Source: a virus. From it: a DNA stretch of 64,000 bases. Under the pieces are notes generated by a model, which did no database searches, had not been told where the DNA came from, and saw only the letters and a program-made list of their open reading frames with translations. The stretch covers positions 1-64,000 of the IMG/VR virus record IMGVR_UViG_3300044908_000045. One strand, 5' to 3'. The position numbers and the translations under genes are program-made. How positions within the stretch are numbered: position 1 is the first letter of the stretch; every line of letters starts with the position of its first letter. Shown here piece by piece: positions 36,101 to 46,066 of the stretch.

Positions 36101-37646
36101 AGCGGGGGCGGGTATGCTGGCATCGCGGTCGCCATACCCAGGCGTGGCCCTTGGGGAGGGCTTAGAGACGGGGCTCAAGACGCTCGGTAGTCAGCAGTCC
36201 GAGATTCCAGAGAACCAGCTGCGAGAGGCCCAAGCGCAGACTGCGCAGATTACCAATGCGCTGTTGCCAATCCAGATGCAGGCGTTGGCGGGTGGTCAAG
36301 CAGCGCCATCGGGCGGTCCGTTAGGACAGCCTGGCGGCACAGCAGGCACGGGCGGAGCGGGACCTGCTGCGGTGACAGGAAGCCCAGCATCGGCGGCTGG
36401 AGCCACGCCTTCGGGCGGCCCACCCCTAACCCCCGGCACCGTGCAGGGCGCAAGCGGCATGCCTGAACCGGCCAATATGGGTCAAAACCCACAGTTCGCG
36501 GGGCTGGACAGCCAGTATCAGGCGATCGGCGCACAGATAGCGCAGTTGAAGCGGATCATTCCGCTGTACCCGCAGCACGCGCCAGAACTGACCGCGTCGC
36601 TGGCGAGCCAGATGGACAACTACACCAAGTTGATGCTCGGCGACCCCCGGATGCAGGCGCAGGCCGAGGCAATGAAGGACTGGGCGGCAGTGGCGCCGAA
36701 GGCAGTGCAGGCCGAGAATGAGGCGGAGTCTCGATACAACAACACAGCAACGCGAGGCCCGCCAGGCAGCTATATGTATAGAGGCAGTCAGGTGGTTGGC
36801 GCGACTCCGACCGTGCGCACAGTCACCGATCCGGGTAGCGGGGCTAAGTCGGAGCAATTCTTTGCGCCGCCGCTGCCTGGGCAACAGGGCGCATCACCCG
36901 CAACGCAGCAGGGGCCAGCAGCAACCCAATCGCCAGCGGGGGCCGGCGCCCCGGCTGAGGATGGCGCGCTGGGCAAGTCTTGGCAGACCGAACTTGGCCC
37001 TGGGCAGAAAGTATCTCTGGAGGATCGCGCTAAAATTGAGCAGGCCGGACGAGAGGAGACGCTGAAAGAAGCGCAGTCGGCGCAAAACCAACAGTCCACC
37101 CTGAACGTGATGAAAGACAACGCAGCCAATATTTATACTGGCCCTGGAGCAAGCTACGTCGGCGACTTTAATAGAATTGCCCGGCTGGTAGACCCAGCCT
37201 ACGATGATACTGTGGCGGCCCGCGAAAGCTTCATGAAGAACGGCGGGCAGTTGATCCGGCAGGCGACCCGCGAATTGTCACCGCGTGCGGCATTCCAAGA
37301 AGTGCGATTTGTCCAGTCCACGCTGCCGAACCCAGATATGTCCCCGAAGGGACTGAATGCGGTCATTGGCGAACTGCAGGGTCTGAACGATTACAAAATC
37401 GCCAAGGCGAATGCTCAAGCGCAGTGGGAAACGGAACACGGCGGCGTTGGTCATGTTGAGGGATTTGAAAGCGACTGGCAGGCGAAAGCGCCAGTGACCC
37501 CATACACCTTCATCATTTCGCGGATGCCGCAGAACGAACGGCAAGAGTTATTTGGCAGAATGGCCACGACCGATGAGGGTCGGGCGCAATTACAGCGCTT
37601 TGCTCAAGAGCGCCAAACTGCAACAGCGAACGGGTGGACCCAGTGA
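33138..37646 (+). CDS. DNA ejection/internal virion protein with lambda-R-like lytic transglycosylase domain
   Basis: MGKSSGG start, YLSPYTQDV, GAFGGDR, Q/A/G-rich; ESRGNPNALYGG..SAAGLLQ..TW..DFSPASQ..W.SL. Confidence 0.8.
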   Translation: MGKSSGGTNTVETQSAPPAQFLNAYSGAVSNAQNLAAQPYQQYSGSLLAPLNNEQLNAAYNAPSLSSNATPYLNEAQQYFQNAATPITATPFSTSQVNQYLSPYTQDVTSSLQNLFNQQNATQLSQVQGNAAAQGAFGGDREAVAAAQTAGQQQAQEAPVLAQNLQTGYNTALGEFNAQQQANLQAQQATGWLQQGAGYGVGNLGQENYNIGQGTLGTEASLGGLLQQQAQEGLNIPYEQFIAQQSYPYQEAGWEANIAEGLGGASGGTSSTQYPGPSALSQVAGLGLTGTGILGATGAFGSGGYLTGAGGLADELLGNAGSFAPAAGAASDAALALGPELATATDFSGGLAGAGAAILGAPVGVRTGGRIPRQDGGGSNSSAAPTPTSNALQSLLVNQLLYGGGSGGDYAAGGRIRRQAGGPLSTPYSGLTIPGMPTLQSAMGQANAPQGPQPSQPPNLSSGYIPTPPPSAGGRGIPTGAGAGMQQQQQQPVMQALQTLQALKGLKGLFPGDSSDTPAASAGGAVTLGTPYQGFDDGGAAIQQAGQSGTGGGTPLSQGLLQQYLQMPLEQLQELAQRAPPTTPQGQSIQRALQLKHMNPGSGIGGAGAPQPPASPQGLAATPAPTGPATSGLSPVLAANWKGGRIGRQEGGDIPGLSVSADSAFAQPQSPDVDIPGVSIATAPNAQVVTQKGDEPPQKAAPQMVPGGAGLAAPPKANASPQLFAPPSLANPVPSAGSGSPPMSYNDYVNNYTPKEVATGQAPKGQADDNSGGERSNGLSAGLPDAKSIGVNPLVYNYLVDHVAPRESRGNPNALYGGGSFTDMSQHPADAGWKGGTGPTGQPTSAAGLLQDEKDTWHRIQLATGVSDFSPASQIKGNAWLAQQTYHDRTGRDLATDLAAGKTAQVDQALSGQWPSLASKQGGKPSLANGPQLGTGAGSGPALTAPFSQESGAGGGGGLDLSQLSRLTGTQRTATGDFYSSPWMPLIAAGAGMLASRSPYPGVALGEGLETGLKTLGSQQSEIPENQLREAQAQTAQITNALLPIQMQALAGGQAAPSGGPLGQPGGTAGTGGAGPAAVTGSPASAAGATPSGGPPLTPGTVQGASGMPEPANMGQNPQFAGLDSQYQAIGAQIAQLKRIIPLYPQHAPELTASLASQMDNYTKLMLGDPRMQAQAEAMKDWAAVAPKAVQAENEAESRYNNTATRGPPGSYMYRGSQVVGATPTVRTVTDPGSGAKSEQFFAPPLPGQQGASPATQQGPAATQSPAGAGAPAEDGALGKSWQTELGPGQKVSLEDRAKIEQAGREETLKEAQSAQNQQSTLNVMKDNAANIYTGPGASYVGDFNRIARLVDPAYDDTVAARESFMKNGGQLIRQATRELSPRAAFQEVRFVQSTLPNPDMSPKGLNAVIGELQGLNDYKIAKANAQAQWETEHGGVGHVEGFESDWQAKAPVTPYTFIISRMPQNERQELFGRMATTDEGRAQLQRFAQERQTATANGWTQ

Positions 37647-40600
37647 GCGACCCGGTTTTAGACGATATCGGGGCGGCGCTACGACAGACTCCCGCGAGTA
37701 CCGGATCGGCGACGGCGTCGCCGGACATTCCGGCAACTCCAACGCCAGCCGCATCTTCAGATCCCATGCTGGGCGACATCCACGCGGCGCTATCGGGCAA
37801 AACCACTCCTAGCGAAACCTCGGCTACGAGCAAGCCTTCTGACCCAGGCATCGTTGCATCAGGATTGGCTGGGGTGAATACCGGGCTGATTGCCGACACC
37901 CTAGGCGCAGTGACCGGCATACCTACCGACTTGGCCAACGCGATCATTGCCAACCCCCTCAATCCGAAGTGGCATCTTTTTGAAAACCCACTCCCATCTG
38001 AGTGGTGGAACAAGCAGATGGGCAAGATCGGCATCGGCACTGAAGCGGCAGTGCCGCAGACTACCGCCGAGAAGATTGCGCAGAGTGCTGGACGTGGTGC
38101 TGGGCAAATGCTCGCCACGGCAATTCCAGGGAAAGCTGAGATTTCAGCCGCAGAGGCAGCAGGTGCCGAGGCGTCGCCGCTTGGCAAACTCGCGGGGGAG
38201 GGCTCGGTTGCCGGTCAGGCGGCACTTGGCGCTGCCGGTGGTGCGGGCGGTGAGGTCGGTAAGGAAAACGCACCGGCAGGGTATGAGGGTGCTGGCGAGA
38301 TCATCGGCAACCTTGCGGGCGGCATCCTGCCTGCGGGCGCCGCAGCTGGGGCTGTTGGACTAACACGCGGTGCCCGCGATGTTGCGGGCAATGTCGTCCC
38401 TCCCTTGACGGCAGCAGGGCGCGAGGCGGCGGCTGGCAACCTCGCATCACAGGCACTCGAACACAGCGCTGCCGACCCGAATGCGGCGTTTGACGCGTTG
38501 CAGGATCGGGTCGAGGCAGACAACGCCGAACTGATCCCCGGCTCAAAACCGACGACCGCTGAGTTGGCCAATGATCCCGGCTTGGCCACGCTAGAGCGGA
38601 CGCGCGCGCGCCAAAACCCAGAGATGGCGACAGCGGTCACCGAGCAACGCGCCGAGAACAATGAGGCTCGGGTCAAAGCGTTGAGCGGTATGTCTCCAGA
38701 GACCGCGACGCCAAAGGCCGCGCAAACCGCATTACGTCAGCATTTACAGAACATTGATGATTTGGGGGCGAAAAATCTGGAGGCGGCGCGACAGGGTGTC
38801 GAAAACACCTTCGAGCCGGCCACTACAACATTGGAACAGCAGGAAAATCAGGCGCAGTCCGAAGCAACGAATGCGGTCAATAGCTTAGGCGGGGCCGAGG
38901 CGCTGGGCTCGGCTGAAGAACGCGCCGCCGCTCCTGCCGCCTACGGGGCAGCGATGCGCGATCCAGCGCAGGAAGCCTACGTCGCCGAACGCAGCCGGCT
39001 CAATGACTTACGGCAGGCCGTTGATCCCTCGGGCACGATGGGGATGCGCCCCGATGCCGCAAAAGCGGCGGTGGGCAGCATCATTGATACCTTCAAGCCA
39101 GAAGGCGGGGTGATGTATAGCGGTGCCGAGCGGCACCTCTACGACACGGTGAACGGGTGGGGATCGCTGATTCCGATCGACCAAGCATTCCAGATGCGCG
39201 CCAACATCAACGGCCGGCTGGCACAGGCGATGGACCATTCGCCGCAGGAAGCCAAGCGGCTTCTGATGCTAAAACAAGGGGTTGACCAGTCCATCACCGA
39301 CACGGTCGGCGACACGCAAGTCGCTGAGCAAGCTGGCGCTATCAACAAGGATGCGCCGCCGATCGAGGACCGCATCGCGGGGCTTGCGTCAACCCCAGGG
39401 ATGGGACCATCTTTCATCCAAGATGTCGCTAGAGCTTACGCATCCAACCCCACCGCTCTCCGGGCCGCAAGAGGAGACGAGACGGGGCGTGGCATACTTG
39501 CAGCGGCAGACCGCCAAGCTGAGCCCGTTCCAGCGGGAACAATGGTTGGCGGTGGTGGAGAGGGGCGCGATCCGAACGGGGGATCTAGCGGTGGTGCGGG
39601 CGGTGAGGGAGTTCCGCAAGAGCCTGCGCTAACGCCGCTGACCGACGAGGCGCGCCAGCGTTTCGCCCAATGGAATCAAGAATATGCCGAGATGAAGCGG
39701 CAATTCCAGGGGGAGACCGCTGGGAAGCTGCACGCCGTCGGCAAGATGCTGCAAAAGGGCGGTGCCTACGACAGCTTCAAACTTGCTGATTCTCAAGTGC
39801 CTTGGCTGTTTGTTGACGGCAAGCAAACTGCCAGAGAAGGCATTCAGCGGTTTCTCGCCGCGACACCGCCAGAGGCGCACCAAGCGCTTGATAACGCCTA
39901 TAGTTTTTCCCTGCGCCGCGCGGCTCAGAACCCTGACACGGGGGCGCTCGATCTGCCAAAGTACAATCGCTGGCTGACGGCGCATGAGGCGGGACTTTCT
40001 GAGCGTCCTGAACTACTTAACCAGTTCAACACCGCCGCCAAGGCACAGCAGCGACTGAACGACATCCGAAGCAATCTGGCTGATTTGCAGAAGTCATATG
40101 CCGACGCTCTGAAGGGCGCGGAAAAGGGGGCGACCAGCGATCACCTCGATGCGCGGAATGCATTCACCAAATCGGTTGCTGGGCAATTCATCGGCGACGA
40201 TCCCGACAAGGCAATCATGCGGGTGTTCACTGGCCCCGATCGGGCGCAGAAAGCCCAGGCTTTGATGGGGCTCATGGCTGGGAACAAGCCAGCGATCGAG
40301 GGTCTGCAGCGCGCGGCGATCGACCACATCATCGAAAAATACTCAGGCTCGGCAATGGCTGGTGCCGAGAGCGGCGCACTGAAGCCGCAGATGTTGCAGG
40401 ATTTCATTGCCGCCAATCGTGGCGTGCTGGACGTTCTGTTCCCCAATGGACTTGCCAAGAATTTTGACGCATTATCCGAGGATCTAAAGCGCTCCCAGTT
40501 GGTACCGAACGCCAAATTACCGGGCGGTTCCGACACTATGCAATTGCAGAACGCCGCGAAAGAACACGAGGTCGAGCCCGACAAAGGGAATCTTCTCCAA

Positions 40601-41185
40601 CTCGCGACGGCTTTCGCTGCTGAGCGCGCGGGCGAAGCGCTGACTGGCATTCCCGGCGCGGCTATCGCTGTGCCGCTGACAATGCGCTGGCTGAAAGGCA
40701 AATCGAGCGCATTGCAGTTGCGCTCCAATCAGATGCTCGACCAGATGCTGCTCGATCCAAAATACGCCGTTGAGATGCGCAACGCTTACCCGGCAAAAGG
40801 CGAGGTGGTACGGCCTGCGGTGCTGAACCGTTTTGCCGCGCGTGTCGTGCAGAACGCGGTTCAGACGGCGCGTGGCACCGACCTGACAACGCCCCAGCAG
40901 AGAGCGGGCTACAAAGCGGGCGGCTCAGTCGCTGACGACCCAGTGCGGGGGATGTCAATCGAGATGCAAGGCAAGCACCTCGCCGATCTCGCAATGAAGA
41001 TTCGCCAGCAGCATTTCGCCGATGGCGGCGGGGTTGCCAGTGACGACGAGCCAGACGAAGACGACACAGAAGACGACCCGCGCGGTCTCCCAATCGCCGC
41101 TCAGGGCGCGCATCTTGCTGATATGGCCGAGAAATACCGCAAGGAAATGAGTGCGCGGGACGAGGCTGCGGTGCCAGCCGATTGA
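37643..41185 (+). CDS. Large DNA ejection/internal virion protein
   Basis: Ala/Gly-rich helical protein of ~1180 aa coupled to the previous gene; C-terminal xxxGG motifs. Confidence 0.7.
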   Translation: MSDPVLDDIGAALRQTPASTGSATASPDIPATPTPAASSDPMLGDIHAALSGKTTPSETSATSKPSDPGIVASGLAGVNTGLIADTLGAVTGIPTDLANAIIANPLNPKWHLFENPLPSEWWNKQMGKIGIGTEAAVPQTTAEKIAQSAGRGAGQMLATAIPGKAEISAAEAAGAEASPLGKLAGEGSVAGQAALGAAGGAGGEVGKENAPAGYEGAGEIIGNLAGGILPAGAAAGAVGLTRGARDVAGNVVPPLTAAGREAAAGNLASQALEHSAADPNAAFDALQDRVEADNAELIPGSKPTTAELANDPGLATLERTRARQNPEMATAVTEQRAENNEARVKALSGMSPETATPKAAQTALRQHLQNIDDLGAKNLEAARQGVENTFEPATTTLEQQENQAQSEATNAVNSLGGAEALGSAEERAAAPAAYGAAMRDPAQEAYVAERSRLNDLRQAVDPSGTMGMRPDAAKAAVGSIIDTFKPEGGVMYSGAERHLYDTVNGWGSLIPIDQAFQMRANINGRLAQAMDHSPQEAKRLLMLKQGVDQSITDTVGDTQVAEQAGAINKDAPPIEDRIAGLASTPGMGPSFIQDVARAYASNPTALRAARGDETGRGILAAADRQAEPVPAGTMVGGGGEGRDPNGGSSGGAGGEGVPQEPALTPLTDEARQRFAQWNQEYAEMKRQFQGETAGKLHAVGKMLQKGGAYDSFKLADSQVPWLFVDGKQTAREGIQRFLAATPPEAHQALDNAYSFSLRRAAQNPDTGALDLPKYNRWLTAHEAGLSERPELLNQFNTAAKAQQRLNDIRSNLADLQKSYADALKGAEKGATSDHLDARNAFTKSVAGQFIGDDPDKAIMRVFTGPDRAQKAQALMGLMAGNKPAIEGLQRAAIDHIIEKYSGSAMAGAESGALKPQMLQDFIAANRGVLDVLFPNGLAKNFDALSEDLKRSQLVPNAKLPGGSDTMQLQNAAKEHEVEPDKGNLLQLATAFAAERAGEALTGIPGAAIAVPLTMRWLKGKSSALQLRSNQMLDQMLLDPKYAVEMRNAYPAKGEVVRPAVLNRFAARVVQNAVQTARGTDLTTPQQRAGYKAGGSVADDPVRGMSIEMQGKHLADLAMKIRQQHFADGGGVASDDEPDEDDTEDDPRGLPIAAQGAHLADMAEKYRKEMSARDEAAVPAD

Positions 41186-41286
41186 TGCTATAGTCAACGC
41201 TCGCCCCACGCTTGGGCGGTGCGAGCAATGTCCCGATGTCGGCTTTGCTAACCTCAACCGCAATCGACCACCTTCGGAGGTGCCCG

Positions 41287-42501
41287 ATGGCTATCGTGTA
41301 CAAAGCGACTAACGTCCATAACAGTCATTTCTACATCGGCGCGAGCGCTAAGGTTCTGAAAACGCGCCGTTCGCAGCACATCCTCGCTGCACACGACCCG
41401 AAGCAGGCGACCTGCCGAATTTTCCACGCGGCGTTGCGCAAATACGGCGCGGACGCCTTCAAGTGGGTGGTCTTGGAGCGGACGGCCACGATTGAAGAAG
41501 CGCTTGAGCGCGAGGCGATTCTGATCGCTGAACTCAAGCCCGAATACAACATCTCGAAGGGTGGTCGCGGCGTTTCGGGCGTCCCATGGACGGAAGAACG
41601 TCGCGCCGCATGGTCGGCAAAAATGAAGGGAAACAAAAGAACGCCTGAGACTAAAGCGAGATGGCAGGCCAGTTATCAAGAGGGAGGCTGGGGCAAACCC
41701 GTCATGTGCCTGGAGGATGGATTTGCTTTCAAGAGCGCCGCCGATGTTGCGCGGCATTATTCGATAAATGCTGGAGGGGTATCGGGGGCGTGCTCGGGTA
41801 AGCATGTGTCCGTCAATGGGCTACATTTTGCTTTTATAACTGGTCCACTAAGCGCTGACGAGCGAGCAAAAATTATCCGCTCGCGAGAACAAGAAAGCCA
41901 CCAACGTCGCCAAACCGCCGCCTTTGCGCGACCTCCGCTATCCGAAGACGCAAAGGCCCGGATCGGGGCTGCCTCGAAAGGTCGCAAGGCTAGGTTGGGA
42001 ATGCCAACGCCGGAATCAGCGAAGCGAAGATTGTCGGAGATCGGCAAGACCGATGAGGCACTAGCGCGGTTCGCCAAATATCGCGCATTAGGACCAGCCG
42101 CATCGGCACGGTCAGTCATTTGCCTTGACGATGGCAAAACGTATCAAAGCGCTAGTGCTGCCGCACGCGCCTACAACATACACAACAGTCTTGTTGTCGA
42201 GGTTTGCAATCGCGATCCACGTCGGGTCACTGCGGCTGGGCGCATCTTCCGATATATTGACGATAATCCCTCAGCTGAGGCCGATCTGGCTGCCGCACAG
42301 GAACGACTAGCTAACCAGCATAGTACCGCCCGCGCTAAGTTCTCGAAGGCTGTTATATGCGTGTCAGACGGGAGACTGTTCGCCTCCACCCAGGTGGCTG
42401 GCGCGGCATACGGCATACATCCATCCTTTATTGCTGGGGTCTGCCGGGGCGAGAGAAACTCCGCGCATGGGCTGTTATTCAGATACGAGGAGGAGGAATA
42501 G
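41287..42501 (+). CDS. GIY-YIG homing endonuclease with NUMOD1/NUMOD3-type repeats
   Basis: IVYKATN...FYIG; ALRKYG..F; YN..GG; three V.C..DG..F.S...A repeats. Confidence 0.88.
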   Translation: MAIVYKATNVHNSHFYIGASAKVLKTRRSQHILAAHDPKQATCRIFHAALRKYGADAFKWVVLERTATIEEALEREAILIAELKPEYNISKGGRGVSGVPWTEERRAAWSAKMKGNKRTPETKARWQASYQEGGWGKPVMCLEDGFAFKSAADVARHYSINAGGVSGACSGKHVSVNGLHFAFITGPLSADERAKIIRSREQESHQRRQTAAFARPPLSEDAKARIGAASKGRKARLGMPTPESAKRRLSEIGKTDEALARFAKYRALGPAASARSVICLDDGKTYQSASAAARAYNIHNSLVVEVCNRDPRRVTAAGRIFRYIDDNPSAEADLAAAQERLANQHSTARAKFSKAVICVSDGRLFASTQVAGAAYGIHPSFIAGVCRGERNSAHGLLFRYEEEE

Positions 42502-42993
42502 GTGAGTTGGCGCTACACGGGAAGGGCGAGAACTGATGCAAATTACCCGGAAGCATATGGCATATGCGACCGTTGCGGGTGTCTTTTTAATCTCGTAGAC
42601 TTACACTACCAGTATGATTATCGCGGCCCGCAACTTGTAAATCTACGTTTACGTGTGTGCCAACGGTGTTATGACAAACCATTCGTCTTTTTTCGACCTT
42701 TGGTTTATCCGGCCGATCCCGTCCCAGTTGCGGACCCTAGACTCGAAGATTTCACCGCCGCCAACCAGGGCACCTACCCGTTGCCGCCGTTGCCGTGGCC
42801 GACGGTGCCGATTGGGCCGCAGCCGACGCTGACTCTCAGCAGCGATACGGGAATGGGGTTGACGGGGGACACTGGGACGCCGTTGACGCCGGACAATCCG
42901 TATGCGCTGCCGCCGTCTGACCCAGCGAATAGCGGGATTGGGGGCAATCCGCCGCCGCCATTGGATGTGGGGGCGCTGTTTTCTGAGCCGTGA
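42502..42993 (+). CDS. Conserved phage late protein with CDRCG zinc motif
   Basis: GRART..P.AYGICDRCG..LRVCQRCYDKP..DPVPVADPR. Confidence 0.75.
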   Translation: MSWRYTGRARTDANYPEAYGICDRCGCLFNLVDLHYQYDYRGPQLVNLRLRVCQRCYDKPFVFFRPLVYPADPVPVADPRLEDFTAANQGTYPLPPLPWPTVPIGPQPTLTLSSDTGMGLTGDTGTPLTPDNPYALPPSDPANSGIGGNPPPPLDVGALFSEP

Positions 42994-43103
42994 CAGTCAG
43001 TAGTCACTGCGGCGCGGGCATGGTATAAGGGCTACGCCCCTCGCCTTGGGCATTAGGAAGCTGGCATCTCGCGCGCTGCGGCGGTGTCGCGGACTAGCTG
43101 CTA

Positions 43104-45353
43104 ATGACCCGAGTAAAGCGCTGGTTTCTGATCGCCGCAGCGACCGTTGCGTCTGGTTTGTACGCTGGTGCGGCGTATGCGCAGAGCGAGACCTGGTCTA
43201 ATTTTGTTACCAACGCGCCAACCCTACAGTTGCCGTGTCTGAGTTCCGATTTTGTCCCAGTTGTTCGTGGCAACACGACATTTCACATCGCGGCAACCAA
43301 CGCCTGTAGTGGTGGGGGTGGGGGCAGCGGCACGGTCACCAGCATCGGCACGACGGCGCCGCTATCGGGCGGGACAATTACGACGGCGGGCACGCTCTCG
43401 CTGACTGGACCTTCGGATCTGACGACGTTTACGGCTAACGCGATCCCGATCGGCGCTGGCGCTTCGCCATTCGGCGCGATTGGCCCCACGGCAAGCAGTC
43501 TGGCTGGGTGGAACGCGAGCGGCGTGGGCTCGGTTATCGCGCTCGGCACGAACTTGTCGATGTCGGGATCGACGCTGAATGCGACAGGCGGCGGTTCCGT
43601 CAGCGTTACGGCGGGCGACACCAGCATCGTCGTGTCGCCGTCTCCGCTTACGGGAACCGGCACGATCGAAGTCGGCGGCCCCTCGCATCTGACGACGTTC
43701 ACGGCTGGCGCGTTGCCTCTCGGCAACGGTACGTCGCCATTCTCCGCGCTGGCTGCCGTCAACGGCGATTGTGTGATCGCTAGCGCGGGGGCGTGGACTG
43801 CCGGCAGTTGCACAGGTGCGGGTACGGCTTTCAGCGCTCTTGGCGGCGGGACTAACACCACTGCCGCGATGCTTGTGGGCTCTGGCGCATCGCTAGGTGC
43901 CACGGGATCAGGAACGCTCACGGCGACGGCGGCTCCGTTGAGCGGGATTACTGGGTTCGGGGCTGGCGTTGCCACGGCGCTCGGAATAGCGCCAGGAACT
44001 ACAGGATCATTTGCGACACAGGATGGCTCAATCACGACTGGGCACTGCTTAGAGTGGGGGCCTGGTGTTGAGGACGCCGGGTCCGCGTGCGGGGGCGGGG
44101 GATCGAGCGCCTTCAGTGCCCTCACCGGGAGCACAAACACGACAGCGGCGATGGTCGTCGGCTCCGGGGCCTCACTTACCTTCGCCGGCTCCGGCACCAT
44201 CAATGCGTCCGCAGCGCCACTGAGCGGTTTGACGGGCCTTGGCACTGGCGTCGCGACGGCCCTCGCGATAGCGCCTGGGACCACGGGCTCATTCCCGACG
44301 CAAGACGGGGCGATCACGACGGGGAATTGTCTGAAGTGGGGGCCGGGCGTCCAGGATAATGGCTCCGCTTGCGGGGGCACGCCGGTTTCCTTCACCGGCA
44401 CGACGACCGGCTCGGCGAACACCTATCTGCTGACGACCGTGCCCAGCAGCGGCTTCGTGCTGTCGAACCAGCCGGTGATCGAAGTCGCCTTCAACGCGGC
44501 GAACACTGGGGCGAGCACGATTAATGTGGATTCTGGCGGCGCGGTCGCGATCGACGTTCAGACGCCATTGGGCCTTTCGGCCTTGGTGGGCGGCGAGATT
44601 GCGGCCGGCAACACGATGCGGACGCTGCAATACAACTCGGCTGCCTCGGTCTGGGTGCTCAAGAACCAGCTCGGCTCGCCCGTCAGCAACCCCTGCACGT
44701 CGCAGCCCATCACCGCAGCGCAGTGGGCGGCCGGCTTTACCTGCACGATCACGGCGGCAAGCCAGACGCTCACCTTCCCGGCCGTGACGACCCTCTCTCC
44801 GCAGGGCGGCGTCTTCATCAATTCGGTCGGGCAGTATTTCACTGTGACCCCCGCCGCCGCCGACGGCATCAACGCTGGGTCGGTCAACACATCGGTCGTC
44901 TTTGGCCCCGGCTCCTACACGGTCACAAGCTCCGGCACATCGGGTGGAACGGCCAGCACGGGGCTTCAAGTCGCGGGCGGTGCGCGGGCGATCCCCGTCG
45001 CGATCTCGTGGCTGCCGGGGCAGAACCTCGCCGCCGCAGCGCTGCCGATCGCGAACCTCAAGAATACGAACGGCTGGATGATCTCTCAGATCACGTGCAC
45101 CCCCGAGGTTGTTGCGGGTGGAACGGCAACGATCGACCTCTGGGAAGCGCCTTCGGGGACCGCGCTCGGCTCGGGGACGAAGCTCACAACGACCCCGTGC
45201 AACGCCAACACCGGGGCCGGGACTGATCAGGCGCTGCTGTCGTCTCCCGTCGCGGTTCCGGCCGGCGATCGGATCGGCATCATCGCAACCGGCGCGGGCT
45301 TCACGAGTAGTCCGCTCGGGGCCGGGGTTCTGACGGCGACGTTGCAGCAATGA
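43104..45353 (+). CDS. Tail-fibre-like protein with signal peptide and internal repeats
   Basis: GSGTVTSI..PLSGGTITT; duplicated AFSAL..TNTTAAM..CLxWGPGVxDxGSAC module. Confidence 0.75.
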   Translation: MTRVKRWFLIAAATVASGLYAGAAYAQSETWSNFVTNAPTLQLPCLSSDFVPVVRGNTTFHIAATNACSGGGGGSGTVTSIGTTAPLSGGTITTAGTLSLTGPSDLTTFTANAIPIGAGASPFGAIGPTASSLAGWNASGVGSVIALGTNLSMSGSTLNATGGGSVSVTAGDTSIVVSPSPLTGTGTIEVGGPSHLTTFTAGALPLGNGTSPFSALAAVNGDCVIASAGAWTAGSCTGAGTAFSALGGGTNTTAAMLVGSGASLGATGSGTLTATAAPLSGITGFGAGVATALGIAPGTTGSFATQDGSITTGHCLEWGPGVEDAGSACGGGGSSAFSALTGSTNTTAAMVVGSGASLTFAGSGTINASAAPLSGLTGLGTGVATALAIAPGTTGSFPTQDGAITTGNCLKWGPGVQDNGSACGGTPVSFTGTTTGSANTYLLTTVPSSGFVLSNQPVIEVAFNAANTGASTINVDSGGAVAIDVQTPLGLSALVGGEIAAGNTMRTLQYNSAASVWVLKNQLGSPVSNPCTSQPITAAQWAAGFTCTITAASQTLTFPAVTTLSPQGGVFINSVGQYFTVTPAAADGINAGSVNTSVVFGPGSYTVTSSGTSGGTASTGLQVAGGARAIPVAISWLPGQNLAAAALPIANLKNTNGWMISQITCTPEVVAGGTATIDLWEAPSGTALGSGTKLTTTPCNANTGAGTDQALLSSPVAVPAGDRIGIIATGAGFTSSPLGAGVLTATLQQ

Positions 45354-46066
45354 TCCGCCGCCTCAGCCTGACCGCCGCAGCGCTGCTGTGGGCGCTCGTC
45401 GCGCATGCCAACCTCGCGATGGCGCCGACATCGAGTGGTGGCGGCAGCAACCCCGCCGTCGCCCAAGACACCAATGTTCCATTTCAATCGTTTGGCTGCA
45501 CGTCCGGTTGCAGTTTTACGATTCCAGCGACGGTGGCGGGATATGCTCTCGTAATCCCGCTCGGCAATCTACAGAACTCCTCTCTACAGACCTACACGAT
45601 CAATGACGGCGGTGATACTTGTGCCGTTGCCCAAAATAGTGGAAATGCCGGTGTAGCTCCCTCATACATTACGTGGATAGTTTGCCCAAATGTAGCATCG
45701 GGTCGCACATCGGTAACAATCACATCCAACAATACCCAGTCATTTGCCGGAGAGATTTATCAAGCAGAAAACGTGGCCACTTCCGGGACCATCTACGAAG
45801 GTGGAAATGGCGCTGGGAATGCCGGATCAAATGTAGTCGCCTTCTCTCTTTCCGCGACCACATCGTTTTCTAATGACCTCATCTTTCTGGCAGGCTGGGG
45901 CAACTCAGGATCGAGTTCGCTGACGGCGACCGGCGGCACTTGGACTACGGGTGTCAGTGGTCTCGCTCTGACGCAGCAGGGGACTGGCACAGGTACGTAT
46001 GGTGGAAATCTGACGGTTGTCGGCGGCACGCAATCCGCGTATGCGGAACTGGCGCTAAAGCCATGA
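45350..46066 (+). CDS. Secreted beta-rich adhesin-like protein
   Basis: MIRRLSLTAAALLWALVAHA signal; ends ALKP. Confidence 0.65.
   Translation: MIRRLSLTAAALLWALVAHANLAMAPTSSGGGSNPAVAQDTNVPFQSFGCTSGCSFTIPATVAGYALVIPLGNLQNSSLQTYTINDGGDTCAVAQNSGNAGVAPSYITWIVCPNVASGRTSVTITSNNTQSFAGEIYQAENVATSGTIYEGGNGAGNAGSNVVAFSLSATTSFSNDLIFLAGWGNSGSSSLTATGGTWTTGVSGLALTQQGTGTGTYGGNLTVVGGTQSAYAELALKP

Noticed and set aside
18181-43029. Extended -10-like motifs (TGCTATAT, TGGTACTG, TGCTATAG, TGGTATAA) ahead of late genes as a phage late-promoter consensus
   Set aside because: Too short and variable to support without transcription start data.
43283-45350. Long antisense ORFs (e.g. 43283-44422, 44289-45350, 22801-23949, 11824-12744)
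   Set aside because: They are shadows of GC-rich sense genes with no recognisable motifs.
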